From contig CBDDBZ010000038.1 in assembly GCA_965225945.1 (NCBI GenBank), forward strand, positions 288,001 through 352,000: a stretch of DNA of 64,000 nucleotides, written 5' to 3'. The DNA comes from Alphaproteobacteria bacterium. GTDB lineage: Bacteria; Pseudomonadota; Alphaproteobacteria; GCA-2731375. The notes under the pieces were generated by a model. It made no database searches, was not told where the DNA came from, and saw only the letters and a list, made by a program, of their open reading frames with translations. This document shows, one piece after another, positions 1 to 10,318 of this stretch. A program made the translations under genes and the position numbers. Each line of letters opens with the position of its first letter. The first letter of the stretch is position 1.

Positions 1-1059
1 GATTTGCTGGTGATCGCCAGCAACTCGGTGTTCACTTACAAGGGCAAGGCGGTGAAGGTGCAAGAGGTCGGCCGTGATTTGGGGGTGCGCTACGTGCTCG
101 AGGGCAGCGTGCGGAAATCGAGTGATCGGGTGCGGATCAATACCCAACTGGTCGACACGACCACCGGGCGACAGTTGTGGGCCGAGCGCTATGACGAGGC
201 CGTCGAGGACATCTTCGATCTGCAAGAAAAGATCGCGCGGCGCATCGTTCGCACCCTGGCGGTGCAACTCTCGGAGATCGAAAATAGACGTGCCTTCGCC
301 AAGCCGACCTCGAGCCTCAAAGCCTATGATTACGTGCTGCGGGGCCGGGCCCTGATCAGACGAGGGGAGCGGCAGGAAAACTTCCAGGCGCGCGAGATGT
401 TTCGCCGCGCCATCGAGCTCGATCCTGATTTCGCCTCGGCCCATGCCGGACTCGGCTGGACCTACATCAATGCAATGCTTTTCGGCTGGACGGAATCGGC
501 GGGAAAGGCAATAGACCGAGCCGAAAAACTTGCGCGAAAGTCCCTGGCGCTGTCGGAATCCAACCTTCCCGGCCACGAGTTGCTGGCACGGGTATATGTA
601 ACACGCCAGCAATACGATCTGGCCATCATCGAATCCGAGCGCGTGATCGCGATCAATCCCAACGATGCGGACGGTTACGCGGAACAGGGAAATGTTCTTT
701 TGTGGTCCGGCCGGACGGACGGGGCCATTCTAGCCCTGGAAACGGCGGCGCGATTCGACCCCGGCATGAATCCTACAAATCATTGGCTACTCGCCGTCGC
801 CTACTACCTCAAGCAGCGATATTCCGACGCAATTACGCTTTTGGAACGGAATATTCGGCGCAGGAAAGACAACGCATTCGACCATGTGATGCTGGTGGCG
901 TCCTATGCGCAGACTGGCCGCTCAGCCGAAGCCGCGCAAATGGTCGAGATCGTGCGCCGAATCGACCCGTTTCTTTTAGCACGGGATTTTACGCTGTTTC
1001 GCAACCAGGCGGATACCGAGAAAGTCGCCGATGGCTTGCGTAAAGCTGGACTCCAATAG
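1..1059 (+). CDS. TolB-like/TPR-repeat protein, C-terminal part of an adenylate/guanylate cyclase- or regulator-type protein; 5' end outside window
   Basis: LVIASNSVFTYKGK...LGVRYVLEGSVRK...RVRINTQL...WAERYD motif followed by several TPRs (AIELDPDFASAHAGLG). Confidence 0.85.
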   Translation, partial: DLLVIASNSVFTYKGKAVKVQEVGRDLGVRYVLEGSVRKSSDRVRINTQLVDTTTGRQLWAERYDEAVEDIFDLQEKIARRIVRTLAVQLSEIENRRAFAKPTSSLKAYDYVLRGRALIRRGERQENFQAREMFRRAIELDPDFASAHAGLGWTYINAMLFGWTESAGKAIDRAEKLARKSLALSESNLPGHELLARVYVTRQQYDLAIIESERVIAINPNDADGYAEQGNVLLWSGRTDGAILALETAARFDPGMNPTNHWLLAVAYYLKQRYSDAITLLERNIRRRKDNAFDHVMLVASYAQTGRSAEAAQMVEIVRRIDPFLLARDFTLFRNQADTEKVADGLRKAGLQ

Positions 1060-1134
1060 AAATCCATTACAGGGCTGCTCGGCGCACACCGGGCAGGCCG
1101 GTTCGTAGTGGCCTGCCCGGCGTCGCGCGATCGG

Positions 1135-1672
1135 CTACATGTTGTCGCGAAGTTGATCTCGAAAGTTGTCCCAATTGTAGGTGGCAAATTCGATATGCGC
1201 CTTGGGCGCCTTGCGCCACACCTCACGCAGCTCCTTGGTCTTGTTCAAATACAGCTTGCCGTCGACGATGGTCCAGGCGTTCGGGTCGGCATCGGCATAC
1301 TCGCCGGCCGCCAACCCACCCGCGCAGTAGCCACCGAACTGCGGCGCATAGCGATCCGGGTTGGCGGTGAACAAATCACGGTTGTTGGCACTGGCGAATT
1401 GCCAGCGAGCATCGTTCCAGCCCTGTTCGAACTCGCTTTTGCCTTTCATCGGTTTGCCATCGGTGAAATAGGCCACGGTATCAAATCCGTGAATCGCTAC
1501 GTTGCCTTCATCGACGTTGTAGGCCGTGAACTGACGTTCGGGCTGAAACAGGGGCCCGACCACGAGGGCACCGACAATCACCGCCGCGGCGACCACGACG
1601 ACGCCATAGCACCACGACGACGCCATAGCCGAACATCGCGGGACGGGACGTTAACCAATTTGCATTGCTCAT
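1135..1672 (-). CDS. YHS-domain protein with N-terminal TM helix; reading frame from the native start broken by a 19-bp duplication (alternative in-frame ATG at 1626)
   Basis: AIHGFDTVAYF...WQFASANNRDLF...YAPQFGGYCA motif; GAGGAG RBS precedes ATG 1672; ACCACGACGACGCCATAGC occurs twice (1592-1610, 1611-1629). Confidence 0.75.
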
Positions 1673-1741
1673 CGTTGAACTCCTCATTGTTGAACTCCTC
1701 ATTTCCTCGGCTTCGGCCGATGATGGACCGTAGGCGACATC

Positions 1742-1795
1742 CGTCAAGCGCCCATGCGGTTTTGCGTCAAATTTCCGTCAAATTTCGTCAATTTT
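1742..1795. promoter_or_regulatory. Phased CGTCAA(A/T)TTT direct repeats, candidate winged-helix (SARP/OmpR-type) operator
   Basis: CGTCAA at 1742, 1765, 1776 and 1786, between the divergent YHS and BTAD genes. Confidence 0.5.
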
Positions 1796-1833
1796 CCGGT
1801 TTGAGTGAAAAAAAGGATGGGCTATGATGAGAT

Positions 1834-2769
1834 ATGGCTCATTCCGTGGAAACGGACAGGGAAGTGCCGCCGCTCCATCTCGAGCTGTTCGGCGAGGTCA
1901 AATTGTGGCGTGATCGGAGCCATGAGGTCGCGCTGCCGCGCAAGACGCAATTGCTGCTCGCCTATTTGGCCTCGAATGCCGGCGGAGACCTTACTCGCGA
2001 CAAGCTTGCCGGCCTGCTTTGGGCCGAGCGCGCGGACAGCCGAGCGCGGCAGAATTTGCGCCAATGCCTGTTCACCTTGTCCAAGGCCATCGGCGAGGAC
2101 GGCCCGCCCCTCATCCACGCGGATCGTCACCATGTCGCGCTCAATCAGGAAAGCGTCGAGGTCGACGTCTGGCACTTCGAGCGTCTGCTGGCGCATGGCA
2201 CGCCGAACGCCATGCAGCAGGCGACGAGGCTTTTTACCGGGGATTTCCTCGCCGGCTTGAGCATCGGGGACGAGATAGTGGACGCCTGGTGCGCCGCCGA
2301 ACGGGTTCGGCTGCGCGACCGATGCTATGAGGCTCTCGCGACGTTGGCGTCGCATTTTGCCGACACGGCCAATCTCGACGACGCGATCGAGGTCGGGCGA
2401 CGCCTGACCAGCCTCGATCCTCTGAGAGAAGACGGCCACCGCACCTTGATGCGCCTTTACAGCCGGGCCGGCCGTCGCGCCGAGGCGCTCAAGCAGTATC
2501 GGCTTTGCGTGGAGACCTTGCGGCGCGAGTTGAATGTCGAGCCGGAGGATGCCACGGCCAGGCTTTTCGCGGATCTCCGAGGTCACCCCGAGGCAAGCGA
2601 GGAGCCGGCAACGCCGGCTCCGGCGTCACCCGAGGAAGCGGCCACGAGGGATGAACGCGCAACGCTTGCAGGCGGATTTCTCGGCGTTCATGGATCGAAA
2701 GCCTTGGCGGTCGGCCTCGGTGTGGTGGTCGGACTCGTCGCGGTCATTCTTTGGTTCACCGTGCGGTAA
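1834..2769 (+). CDS. SARP-family (winged HTH + BTAD) transcriptional regulator with C-terminal TM helix
   Basis: LELFG...RKTQLLLAYLA...RDKLAGLLW...ARQNLRQCL; DPLREDGHRTLMRLY...RAEALKQY; hydrophobic C-terminal tail. Confidence 0.85.
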   Translation: MAHSVETDREVPPLHLELFGEVKLWRDRSHEVALPRKTQLLLAYLASNAGGDLTRDKLAGLLWAERADSRARQNLRQCLFTLSKAIGEDGPPLIHADRHHVALNQESVEVDVWHFERLLAHGTPNAMQQATRLFTGDFLAGLSIGDEIVDAWCAAERVRLRDRCYEALATLASHFADTANLDDAIEVGRRLTSLDPLREDGHRTLMRLYSRAGRRAEALKQYRLCVETLRRELNVEPEDATARLFADLRGHPEASEEPATPAPASPEEAATRDERATLAGGFLGVHGSKALAVGLGVVVGLVAVILWFTVR

Positions 2770-2798
2770 TGGCGACTCGCTGGCCGGGCCGGTCGGCG

Positions 2799-4292
2799 TC
2801 AGCCCGGATTTTGCGCCGCGTAAGCGGCGGCGAAGCGGCCGGCGCGGCGGCCGAAGACCGCGCCGGACATGAGGCCGCTGCCGCCGGGGTAATTCTCGTA
2901 AAACAGCCCGCCGACCAGCTCGCCGGCGGCATAGAGCCCGGGGATCGAGCGATTTCCCAGATCCTGTACCTCCGAGGTGCCGTTGATCTTGAGACCGCCG
3001 AAGGTGAAGGTGATGCCGGTCGTGGTGACGTAGCCGACATAAGGCGGCTGGTCGATTTTCAGCGCCCAGTTGCTCTTTGGCGGCGTGATGCCCTCGGTCG
3101 AGACGCCGTCGAGCAGCGCGGGATTATACGTGCCCGGCCGGCAGGCGGCGTTGTAGGCCGCGACGGTGCGCGCGAGGCCCGGGGCGTCGATCTCCAGCGC
3201 CTCGGCCAGCCCTTCGATCGTCTCGGCCTCCGCCTTGGTCACCTGGCGGATGCGGTATTCGTCGCGCAGCAGATGAACCGTCTGCTGGTCGAAGATCTGC
3301 ACCGCCGTGCGGCGCGGCTGGTCCATGATGGCGCGGCCGAAGCGGACATAGGTGAGGTTGCGGTAATCCTCGCCCTCGTCGACGAAGCGTTGCCCCAGAA
3401 TATTGACCATGATGCCGAGCGGATAGGAGTGCTTCTGGAAGTTGTCCCCCACCTCGCGGTCGCCGAAGGGCGGGGCCGAGATGTCCCAGCCGACGGAATG
3501 GCAGCCCGACCAGTTGCCGAAGGGTTGCGCCCCGATCGCAAGCGCCATGGCGATACCATCGCCGGTGTTGTGCCGCGTGCCGCGCACGCGGGCCAGGTCC
3601 CAGCCCGGGCCCAGGTAGCGGGCCCGCCATTCGGGATTGGCCTCGAAGCCGCCGCAGGCCAGCACCACGGCCTTGGCGGCGATGTCCTCGATTCCCGAGG
3701 GCGTGCGGAGCTCGAGCCCGGTGATCCGATAGGCCTCGTCGTGCCTGAGTTTCCAGGCCGCCGACTCGTAGCGGATCTCGATGCCCGCCCGCTCGGCGCG
3801 GGCCAGCAGAAACCCCACCAGGCCGGCACCGCCGCCCACCGCCTCGATGTTGACGCCGCCGTAGAAGCGGTGCTTACCCTCGACCAGGTAGGACTGGCGG
3901 CCGAACATCGGCACGAAGCGGACGCCGTTCTCGGCCAGCCAGGCCATCGTCGGGCGGGAATCGTCGATCAGGGTCCAGGCCAGGTCCTCGTCCGACTGGT
4001 GGTGGGTCACCTTCATCAACTGGTCGTAGAAGTGCTGGCGGTCGTGTGGCGGCAGGTCGATTTGCATCCGCTCGGCGTTCGAGAGGTCGCTCAGGATATC
4101 CTGGGCGACGTCGTCGAGCCCTTCGTGGGCGAAGCGAAATCCACCGGCGGTGAAATAGGAATTGCCGCCCTTCTCCTCCTCCGGTGCCTTTTCCAGCACC
4201 AGCAGGCTCGCGCCATTTTCGCGCGCGCTGAGCGCCGCGCAGAGCGCCGCGTTGCCGGCGCCCACCACCACCACGTCGTAAACCTCGGCCAT
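2799..4292 (-). CDS. tcuA: FAD-dependent tricarballylate dehydrogenase TcuA-like oxidoreductase
   Basis: [59 protein letters not shown]. Confidence 0.8.
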   Translation of the reverse strand: MAEVYDVVVVGAGNAALCAALSARENGASLLVLEKAPEEEKGGNSYFTAGGFRFAHEGLDDVAQDILSDLSNAERMQIDLPPHDRQHFYDQLMKVTHHQSDEDLAWTLIDDSRPTMAWLAENGVRFVPMFGRQSYLVEGKHRFYGGVNIEAVGGGAGLVGFLLARAERAGIEIRYESAAWKLRHDEAYRITGLELRTPSGIEDIAAKAVVLACGGFEANPEWRARYLGPGWDLARVRGTRHNTGDGIAMALAIGAQPFGNWSGCHSVGWDISAPPFGDREVGDNFQKHSYPLGIMVNILGQRFVDEGEDYRNLTYVRFGRAIMDQPRRTAVQIFDQQTVHLLRDEYRIRQVTKAEAETIEGLAEALEIDAPGLARTVAAYNAACRPGTYNPALLDGVSTEGITPPKSNWALKIDQPPYVGYVTTTGITFTFGGLKINGTSEVQDLGNRSIPGLYAAGELVGGLFYENYPGGSGLMSGAVFGRRAGRFAAAYAAQNPG

Positions 4293-4468
4293 GCCTCGAG
4301 CTTCCCGCTTTTCGCCACCCGGCGCGGACGGCGCCATGTTATAGGAATCGCCCAGCGAGGCGAGCTGGCCCAAGTGGCGTGGCGGGTGGCGACGGCCAGT
4401 CGCCACGCCTTGCCATGGCCGGCGCTTTGCGCCTTTGATGCCGGCGCCAGCAATCGGGGGAGAATTCC

Positions 4469-5410
4469 ATGCCCTTGCACCCGCAGATCGAGGCCGTGAT
4501 CGAGGCGCTGAACGCCTCGGGCCTGCCGCCGCTGGAATCGCTGTCGCCGACGGACGCGCGCGCGCAGATGATCGAAATGTCGAAGGCGCGGGGGCAATTC
4601 GGCCCCGACGTTGGGGGAATCGAGAGCCGCGTCCTCCCCGGCTCCGGCGGCGGCATTCCGGTCAGGATCTACCGGCCGACAAGCGCCAGTGAGCGGGCGA
4701 GCCCGGCGCTCGTCTACTTCCACGGTGGCGGCCATGTCCTGGGCAATCTCGACACCCACGACAGCCTCGCCCGCTGCCTCTGCGCGGAGGCCGAAATCGC
4801 GGTCTGCTCGGTCGACTATCGCAAGGGCCCGGAGCACAGGTTTCCCGCCGCCGTGGAGGATTGTTTCGCGGTCACCGAATGGTGCGCGGAGAACGGCGCC
4901 GAGGTCGGCATCGATGGCACGCGCCTCGCGGTCGGCGGCGACAGCTCCGGGGGAAATCTCGCCGCCGTCGTGGCGCTGCTGGCGCGTAATCGCGCCGCGC
5001 CGGCGCTGCGCCACCAACTGCTGGTCTATCCGATCGTCGATTACGCTTGCGTGGCCTCGAGTTACCAGGCTTACGGCGAGGGTTACGGCCCGCTGACCGA
5101 CGGATTGATGCGCTGGTTCCAGGTGCACTATCTGAACGATAGCCGGGAAGCCGGCGACTGGCGCGCCTCGCCGATCAAGGCGGCGGACCACGAGGGCGTG
5201 GCGCCGGCGCTCGTCATCACCGCCGAATACGACGTGCTGCACGACGACGGCCTCGCCTACGCCCGGACGCTCCGCGAGGCCGGCGTCGCGGTCCAGCACA
5301 GCGATTATGCCGGCATGATCCATATGTTCTTCGCCATGGGGCCGGAGATCGACGGCGCCCGCGAGGCCCGGGCCGAGGCGGCGGCCGCGCTGCGCCGCGC
5401 GCTCGCCTGA
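4469..5410 (+). CDS. HSL-family alpha/beta hydrolase (esterase/lipase)
   Basis: YFHGGGHV oxyanion motif, GDSSGG nucleophile elbow, D (YDVLHDD) and H (GMIHMF) of the triad. Confidence 0.9.
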   Translation: MPLHPQIEAVIEALNASGLPPLESLSPTDARAQMIEMSKARGQFGPDVGGIESRVLPGSGGGIPVRIYRPTSASERASPALVYFHGGGHVLGNLDTHDSLARCLCAEAEIAVCSVDYRKGPEHRFPAAVEDCFAVTEWCAENGAEVGIDGTRLAVGGDSSGGNLAAVVALLARNRAAPALRHQLLVYPIVDYACVASSYQAYGEGYGPLTDGLMRWFQVHYLNDSREAGDWRASPIKAADHEGVAPALVITAEYDVLHDDGLAYARTLREAGVAVQHSDYAGMIHMFFAMGPEIDGAREARAEAAAALRRALA

Positions 5411-5412
5411 GG

Positions 5413-6237
5413 CTAGAGCATTCTCCGAACCGGTAGCGACGGCACGGCGGAGATAAGGTCCGGCAAGCTCTCGACGAGCGCCAGCTCCGGCGCCCCCGGG
5501 CCCCCGCGTCGCAGCACCAGGTCGACGATCCCGGCCGCCTCGCCGAGGGCGGTTTCAAGTTCGCCGCCGGTAAGATATCTGGCGAACAGCGCGGCGGCGA
5601 AGAGGTCCCCGGTGCCGTGCGGCGGGTCGGCGAAGCGGGGCGCGCAGACCGCGTAGACGCCGCCGGGGGCGACGGCCAGCGTGGTGATCACCCGCTCCTC
5701 GACCCGCGCCGAGGTGCAGACCACGATGCCCGAGCCGGCTCGGCGCAATTCACCCGCCGCCTCGAGGACCGAATCGATGTCGGGCAGCGTGCGATCGACC
5801 AGCAGCTCCAGTTCGAAGCGATTGGGCGTCGCGATATCGGCCCGCGGCAGCAGTCGGTCGCGGAACACCTCCAGCAGGCCGTCGGCGACATAGCGCCGGC
5901 CGTCGTCGCCCATGACGGGGTCGCAGCAATAGGGGAGGTCCGCTCCGGCGCGCTCCAGGTAGTCGGCCGTCGCCTCGCCCGCCGGCACCGTTCCCAGGTA
6001 ACCGCTCAGCACCGCGTCGGGGCGAAATTCGCGGGCCTCGAGCGCGGCGAGCAAGCTTGCGACCAGACTTGCCGAGACCGCTTCGCCGACCTGACCGCCC
6101 CTGGCCGGGTGGTTCGAGAACAGCACCGTCGGCAGATGCCAGGCCTCGATTCCCAACGCCTGCAACAGCGGCACCGAGGCCCGTCCCCCGACATGGCCGT
6201 AGACGACGTGAGAGGTGATCGCAAGCACGCTCGGCAC
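5413..6237 (-). CDS. pdxY: Pyridoxal kinase
   Basis: VLAITSHVVYGHVG, PTVLFSNHP, DAVLSGYLG, DPVMGD, TPNRFEL, GTGDLF; GTG start with RBS. Confidence 0.85.
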   Translation of the reverse strand: MPSVLAITSHVVYGHVGGRASVPLLQALGIEAWHLPTVLFSNHPARGGQVGEAVSASLVASLLAALEAREFRPDAVLSGYLGTVPAGEATADYLERAGADLPYCCDPVMGDDGRRYVADGLLEVFRDRLLPRADIATPNRFELELLVDRTLPDIDSVLEAAGELRRAGSGIVVCTSARVEERVITTLAVAPGGVYAVCAPRFADPPHGTGDLFAAALFARYLTGGELETALGEAAGIVDLVLRRGGPGAPELALVESLPDLISAVPSLPVRRML

Positions 6238-6269
6238 GAAATTTCCCCTCCCCGACAAGGCGTTTCGCC

Positions 6270-6355
6270 GTCGTTTCACGTCATTTGGCTGTCATTTCGT
6301 TGTCATTCGGCTGTCGTTTGGCTATCGATTCGCTGTCATTCGCTGTCGTTTCGTT
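6270..6355. repeat. About 8 degenerate 10-11-bp tandem repeats (GTC[A/G]TTY[G/C]G[C/T]T-like) upstream of the sdh promoter
   Basis: GTCATTTGGCT GTCATTTCGTT GTCATTCGGCT GTCGTTTGGCT ATCGATTCGCT GTCATTCGCT GTCGTTTCGTT. Confidence 0.75.
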
Positions 6356-6381
6356 GACTTGGCCCCGTCACTCTTTAACAT
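6354..6381 (+). promoter_or_regulatory. Putative sigma70 promoter of sdhCDAB
   Basis: TTGACT (6354-59), 16-bp spacer, TAACAT (6376-81), about 60 bp upstream of sdhC. Confidence 0.45.
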
Positions 6382-6441
6382 CCGGCCCCGAGACGCGACC
6401 GGCCCGAAACCCCGTGGACGGGCCCTCGAGAAGGCGACGCG

Positions 6442-6831
6442 ATGGCATCCGACAAACGACCCCTATCGCCCCATCTCCTGGTTTACAAGCCACAAATCAC
6501 CATGGTGCTGTCGATCACGCATCGGATCACCGGGGTCGGATTGGGGCTCGGCACGCTTTTGATTGCCTGGTGGCTGATCGCCGCCGCCGCCGGGCCGGAG
6601 GCGTTCGAGACCGCGCGGGGCTTCATGGCATCCTTCATCGGCCGGCTGGTGCTCCTGGGCTTCACCGTGGCGCTGTTTTACCACTTGGCCAACGGCATCC
6701 GGCATCTCTTCTGGGACGCCGGCGTCGGCTTCGAGCTAAAAACCGTCGAGAGGAGCGGCTGGGCCGTCGTCGCGGCCACGGTGGCGCTGACGCTCGTGGC
6801 TTGGGTCGCGGGCTATTGGGTGAGGGGCTGA
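6442..6831 (+). CDS. sdhC: Succinate dehydrogenase cytochrome b556 subunit
   Basis: RPLSPHL, SITHRITG, YHLANGIRHLFWD. Confidence 0.97.
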   Translation: MASDKRPLSPHLLVYKPQITMVLSITHRITGVGLGLGTLLIAWWLIAAAAGPEAFETARGFMASFIGRLVLLGFTVALFYHLANGIRHLFWDAGVGFELKTVERSGWAVVAATVALTLVAWVAGYWVRG

Positions 6832-6832
6832 G

Positions 6833-7225
6833 ATGAGCGATCGCGGCTTGCGCGCGCCGCTGGCCCGGGTCCGAGGTCTCGGCTCGGCCAAGGAAGGCAC
6901 CCAACACTGGTGGATGCAACGGGTGACGGCGATCGCCCTGGTGCCGTTGGTGATCTGGTTCGCCGCCTCGATCGTCTCAGTTGTCGGCGCCGATCACGCC
7001 ACCATCGCGGCCTGGCTCGCGCGACCGCTGCCGGGCCTGATGATGATCCTGTTTCTCGCCACCAGCTTCTATCACCTGATGCTGGGATTGCAGGTGGTGA
7101 TCGAGGACTACGTGGCCGACGGCTGGTCCCGCGTCGCCGGTCTGCTGGTCATGAAGTTTGCCTGCATCGCGCTCGGATTGGCCTCGATCCTGGCGGTTCT
7201 TCGCTTCACCGTGGGGGGCTTATAA
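6833..7225 (+). CDS. sdhD: Succinate dehydrogenase membrane anchor subunit
   Basis: [32 protein letters not shown]. Confidence 0.97.
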   Translation: MSDRGLRAPLARVRGLGSAKEGTQHWWMQRVTAIALVPLVIWFAASIVSVVGADHATIAAWLARPLPGLMMILFLATSFYHLMLGLQVVIEDYVADGWSRVAGLLVMKFACIALGLASILAVLRFTVGGL

Positions 7226-7226
7226 G

Positions 7227-9014
7227 ATGGCCCAAGCCTATCCGATCATCGAACATAGCTATGACGTCGTCGTGGTCGGCGCCGGCGGCTCGGGCCTGCG
7301 CGCGACCATGGGGCTGGCCCAGGCCGGCCTGTCGACGGCCTGTATCTCCAAGGTCTTCCCGACCCGCAGCCACACCGTCGCCGCCCAGGGCGGCATGGCC
7401 GCGGCGCTGGGCAACATGGGCGAGGACGACTGGCGCTGGCACATGTACGATACCGTCAAGGGGGCGGACTGGCTGGGCGATCAGGACGCCATCGAATACA
7501 TGTGCCGCGAGGCGCCGCGCGCCGTCCTGGAACTGGAGCACATGGGCCTGCCGTTCTCGCGAACCGAGGAGGGCAAGATCTACCAGCGCGCCTTCGGCGG
7601 CATGACCACGCGCTACGGCGAAGGCACGGCGCAGCGGACCTGTGCCGCCGCCGACCGCACCGGCCACGCCATCCTCCATACCCTCTACCAGCAGTCGCTG
7701 CGCTACGATTCCGACTTCTTCATCGAGTATTTCGCCCTCGACCTGATCGTCGAGGACGATGTCTGCCGGGGCGTGATGGCCTGGTCGTTGGAGGACGGCA
7801 CGATCCATCTGTTCCGGGCCCACATGGTGGTGTTGGCGACCGGCGGTTACGGGCGCTGCTACTTCTCCTGCACCTCGGCCCATACCTGCACCGGCGACGG
7901 CAACGCCATGGTGTTGCGCGCCGGCCTACCGTTGCAGGACATGGAGTTCGTGCAGTTCCACCCGACCGGGATTTACGGCGCCGGCATGCTGATCACCGAG
8001 GGCACGCGCGGCGAGGGCGCCTTCCTGACCAATTCCGAGGGCGAGCGGTTTATGGAGCGCTACGCGCCGAGCGCCAAGGACCTGGCGAGCCGCGACGTGG
8101 TCAGCCGCGCCATGACGCTCGAGATCCGCGAGGGCCGCGGCGTCGGCCCGAAGGGCGACCATATCCTGTTGCACCTCGACCATCTCGATCCCGAGGTGAT
8201 CGGGGAGCGGCTGCCCGGAATCTCCGAATCGGCGCGGATCTTCGCCGGCGTCGACGTCACGGCTGAGCCGATCCCGGTGCTGCCGACGGTGCACTACAAC
8301 ATGGGCGGCATCGCCACCAATTACCTGGGCGAGATGGTGACGCTCGAGGGCGAGGATCCGGACGCGATCGTGCCCGGCCTGATGGCGCTGGGCGAGGCCG
8401 CCTGCGTCTCGGTGCACGGGGCCAACCGGCTCGGCTCGAATTCGCTGATCGATCTCGTGGTCTTCGGCCGGGCGGCGGCGCTCCGCGCGGCCGAGGTGGT
8501 CGAGCCGGGCGCGCCGCACAGCGACCTGCCACGCGGCGCGACGGACCGCTGCCTGGCGCATTTCGACAAGCTGCGCCACGCCGACGGCGACACGCCCACC
8601 GCCCGGATCCGCGACGAAATGCAGCACACCATGCAGACCAACTGCGCCGTGTTCCGCACCGGCGAGGTGCTGGCTGACGGCATGGAGCTGATCAAGGGCG
8701 TCTGGTCGCGGATGGCGCACATCAAGGTGAGCGACCGCTCCCTGATCTGGAACTCCGATCTGGTGGAGACCTTGGAGCTCGACAATTTGCTGCGCCAGGC
8801 CCTGGTCACCATGGCCGCGGCCGGCAACCGAACCGAGAGTCGAGGGGCGCACGCCCGCGAGGACTTCCCCGATCGCGACGACGACGAATGGATGAAGCAC
8901 TCGCTCTCCTGGCTCGAGGACGACGGCACGGTCGAGATCGACTATCGCCCGGTACATACCTACACGCTCACCGACGACGTGCAGTACTTCCCGCCCAAGG
9001 CGCGGGTCTATTAG
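7227..9014 (+). CDS. sdhA: Succinate dehydrogenase flavoprotein subunit
   Basis: [42 protein letters not shown]. Confidence 0.99.
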   Translation: MAQAYPIIEHSYDVVVVGAGGSGLRATMGLAQAGLSTACISKVFPTRSHTVAAQGGMAAALGNMGEDDWRWHMYDTVKGADWLGDQDAIEYMCREAPRAVLELEHMGLPFSRTEEGKIYQRAFGGMTTRYGEGTAQRTCAAADRTGHAILHTLYQQSLRYDSDFFIEYFALDLIVEDDVCRGVMAWSLEDGTIHLFRAHMVVLATGGYGRCYFSCTSAHTCTGDGNAMVLRAGLPLQDMEFVQFHPTGIYGAGMLITEGTRGEGAFLTNSEGERFMERYAPSAKDLASRDVVSRAMTLEIREGRGVGPKGDHILLHLDHLDPEVIGERLPGISESARIFAGVDVTAEPIPVLPTVHYNMGGIATNYLGEMVTLEGEDPDAIVPGLMALGEAACVSVHGANRLGSNSLIDLVVFGRAAALRAAEVVEPGAPHSDLPRGATDRCLAHFDKLRHADGDTPTARIRDEMQHTMQTNCAVFRTGEVLADGMELIKGVWSRMAHIKVSDRSLIWNSDLVETLELDNLLRQALVTMAAAGNRTESRGAHAREDFPDRDDDEWMKHSLSWLEDDGTVEIDYRPVHTYTLTDDVQYFPPKARVY

Positions 9015-9032
9015 AGATCGAGGGGATCGGGA

Positions 9033-9812
9033 ATGGTTAAATTCGCGCTGCCGGCCAATTCCAAGGTCGGGAAAGGCAAGCACTACAAGGCCTCGGGCGG
9101 TGGCGAGGTTCGCCGCTTCCGGGTCTATCGCTGGAATCCCGACGATGGTGCCAACCCCAGCCTCGACACCTACGAGCTCGACATGGCGAGTTGCGGGCCG
9201 ATGGTCCTGGACGCGCTGATCAAGATCAAGAACGAGATCGACCCGACGCTGACCTTCCGCCGCTCGTGTCGCGAAGGGGTTTGCGGCTCCTGCGCCATGA
9301 ACATCGGCGGCATCAATACGCTCGCCTGCACCCTGGCCAACGCCGAATTTGAGGGCGACATCGCCATCTATCCCCTGCCGCACTTGCCGGTGATCAAGGA
9401 TCTGGTGCCGGATCTCTCGAACTTCTTCGCCCAATACGCCTCCATCGAGCCGTGGCTGAAGTCCAAGACTCCGGCGCCGCCCGACGGCGAGCGGCCGCAG
9501 AGCGAAGACGACCGCCGCAAGCTCGATGGCCTTTACGAATGCATCCTGTGTGCCTGCTGCTCGACCAGTTGCCCGAGCTACTGGTGGAACGACGAGCGCT
9601 ATCTCGGCCCGGCGATTCTGCTGCAGTCCTATCGCTGGCTGATCGACAGCCGCGACGATGCCACCGGCGAGCGGCTCGACGACCTCGAGGACCCCTTCCG
9701 GCTCTATCGCTGCCACACGATTCTGAACTGCGCCAAGGCCTGCCCGAAGAACCTCAATCCGGCCAAGGCGATCGCCGAGATCAAGAAAATGATGGTCAAG
9801 CGGCGAATCTAG
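9033..9812 (+). CDS. sdhB: Succinate dehydrogenase iron-sulfur subunit
   Basis: [34 protein letters not shown]. Confidence 0.99.
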   Translation: MVKFALPANSKVGKGKHYKASGGGEVRRFRVYRWNPDDGANPSLDTYELDMASCGPMVLDALIKIKNEIDPTLTFRRSCREGVCGSCAMNIGGINTLACTLANAEFEGDIAIYPLPHLPVIKDLVPDLSNFFAQYASIEPWLKSKTPAPPDGERPQSEDDRRKLDGLYECILCACCSTSCPSYWWNDERYLGPAILLQSYRWLIDSRDDATGERLDDLEDPFRLYRCHTILNCAKACPKNLNPAKAIAEIKKMMVKRRI

Positions 9813-9839
9813 GGGCGGCGCCAGCGAATCGCGTATCGG

Positions 9840-9865
9840 GAGCCGCCCTCGGGCGGCTCTTTTTT
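9840..9865 (+). terminator. Rho-independent terminator of sdhCDAB; target of the IIC intron
   Basis: GAGCCGCC-CTCG-GGCGGCTC followed by T6. Confidence 0.9.
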
Positions 9866-10276
9866 GTGTGCCTGGCATGGCGCTGATCTAGGAGATGGAA
9901 GTTCTCTACGGGCCGTAACGACCGGAACCGATAGCTGAAGGCAACTGCGTCGCCGCGAGGCGGGGTGGGGAGGAAGCGGGAGGCAAAATCTGGAGCGGAC
10001 GAACAGAAACCGGATATCAGGCCGGTGCGATGGGGTAAGCCAGCAATGGATGGCGAGGCCCGATAGTCGTTCGGACGTCGCATTGGTAAATCCGGCCGCG
10101 ACCGGAGGAAAGATCAGCGTCTTACCCAGGGAGATCTCCAGCGCTCTCGGGCGATCCGAGTAGCGAACCGGCGACGGGGAGCGATGGCGGTGGAGAAGTC
10201 AGCCGAGGCCATAGTAGGGGCCGAGAGGCGCCGAAGGGCCGAATCCGAGTAGCAAGGAGCAGTCTGGATCAACTCG

Positions 10277-10318
10277 ATGAGCGTGGAGCGGCGGCAAGGC
10301 GGTGTTTATCAACTGGAC
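10277..10318 (+). pseudogene. Original 5' end of the intron RT ORF (MSVERRQGGVYQLD), separated by the IS4 insertion
   Basis: Ends in CAA CTG GAC (QLD, the TSD), read in the same codon phase as QLD at 11542-11550. Confidence 0.75.
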
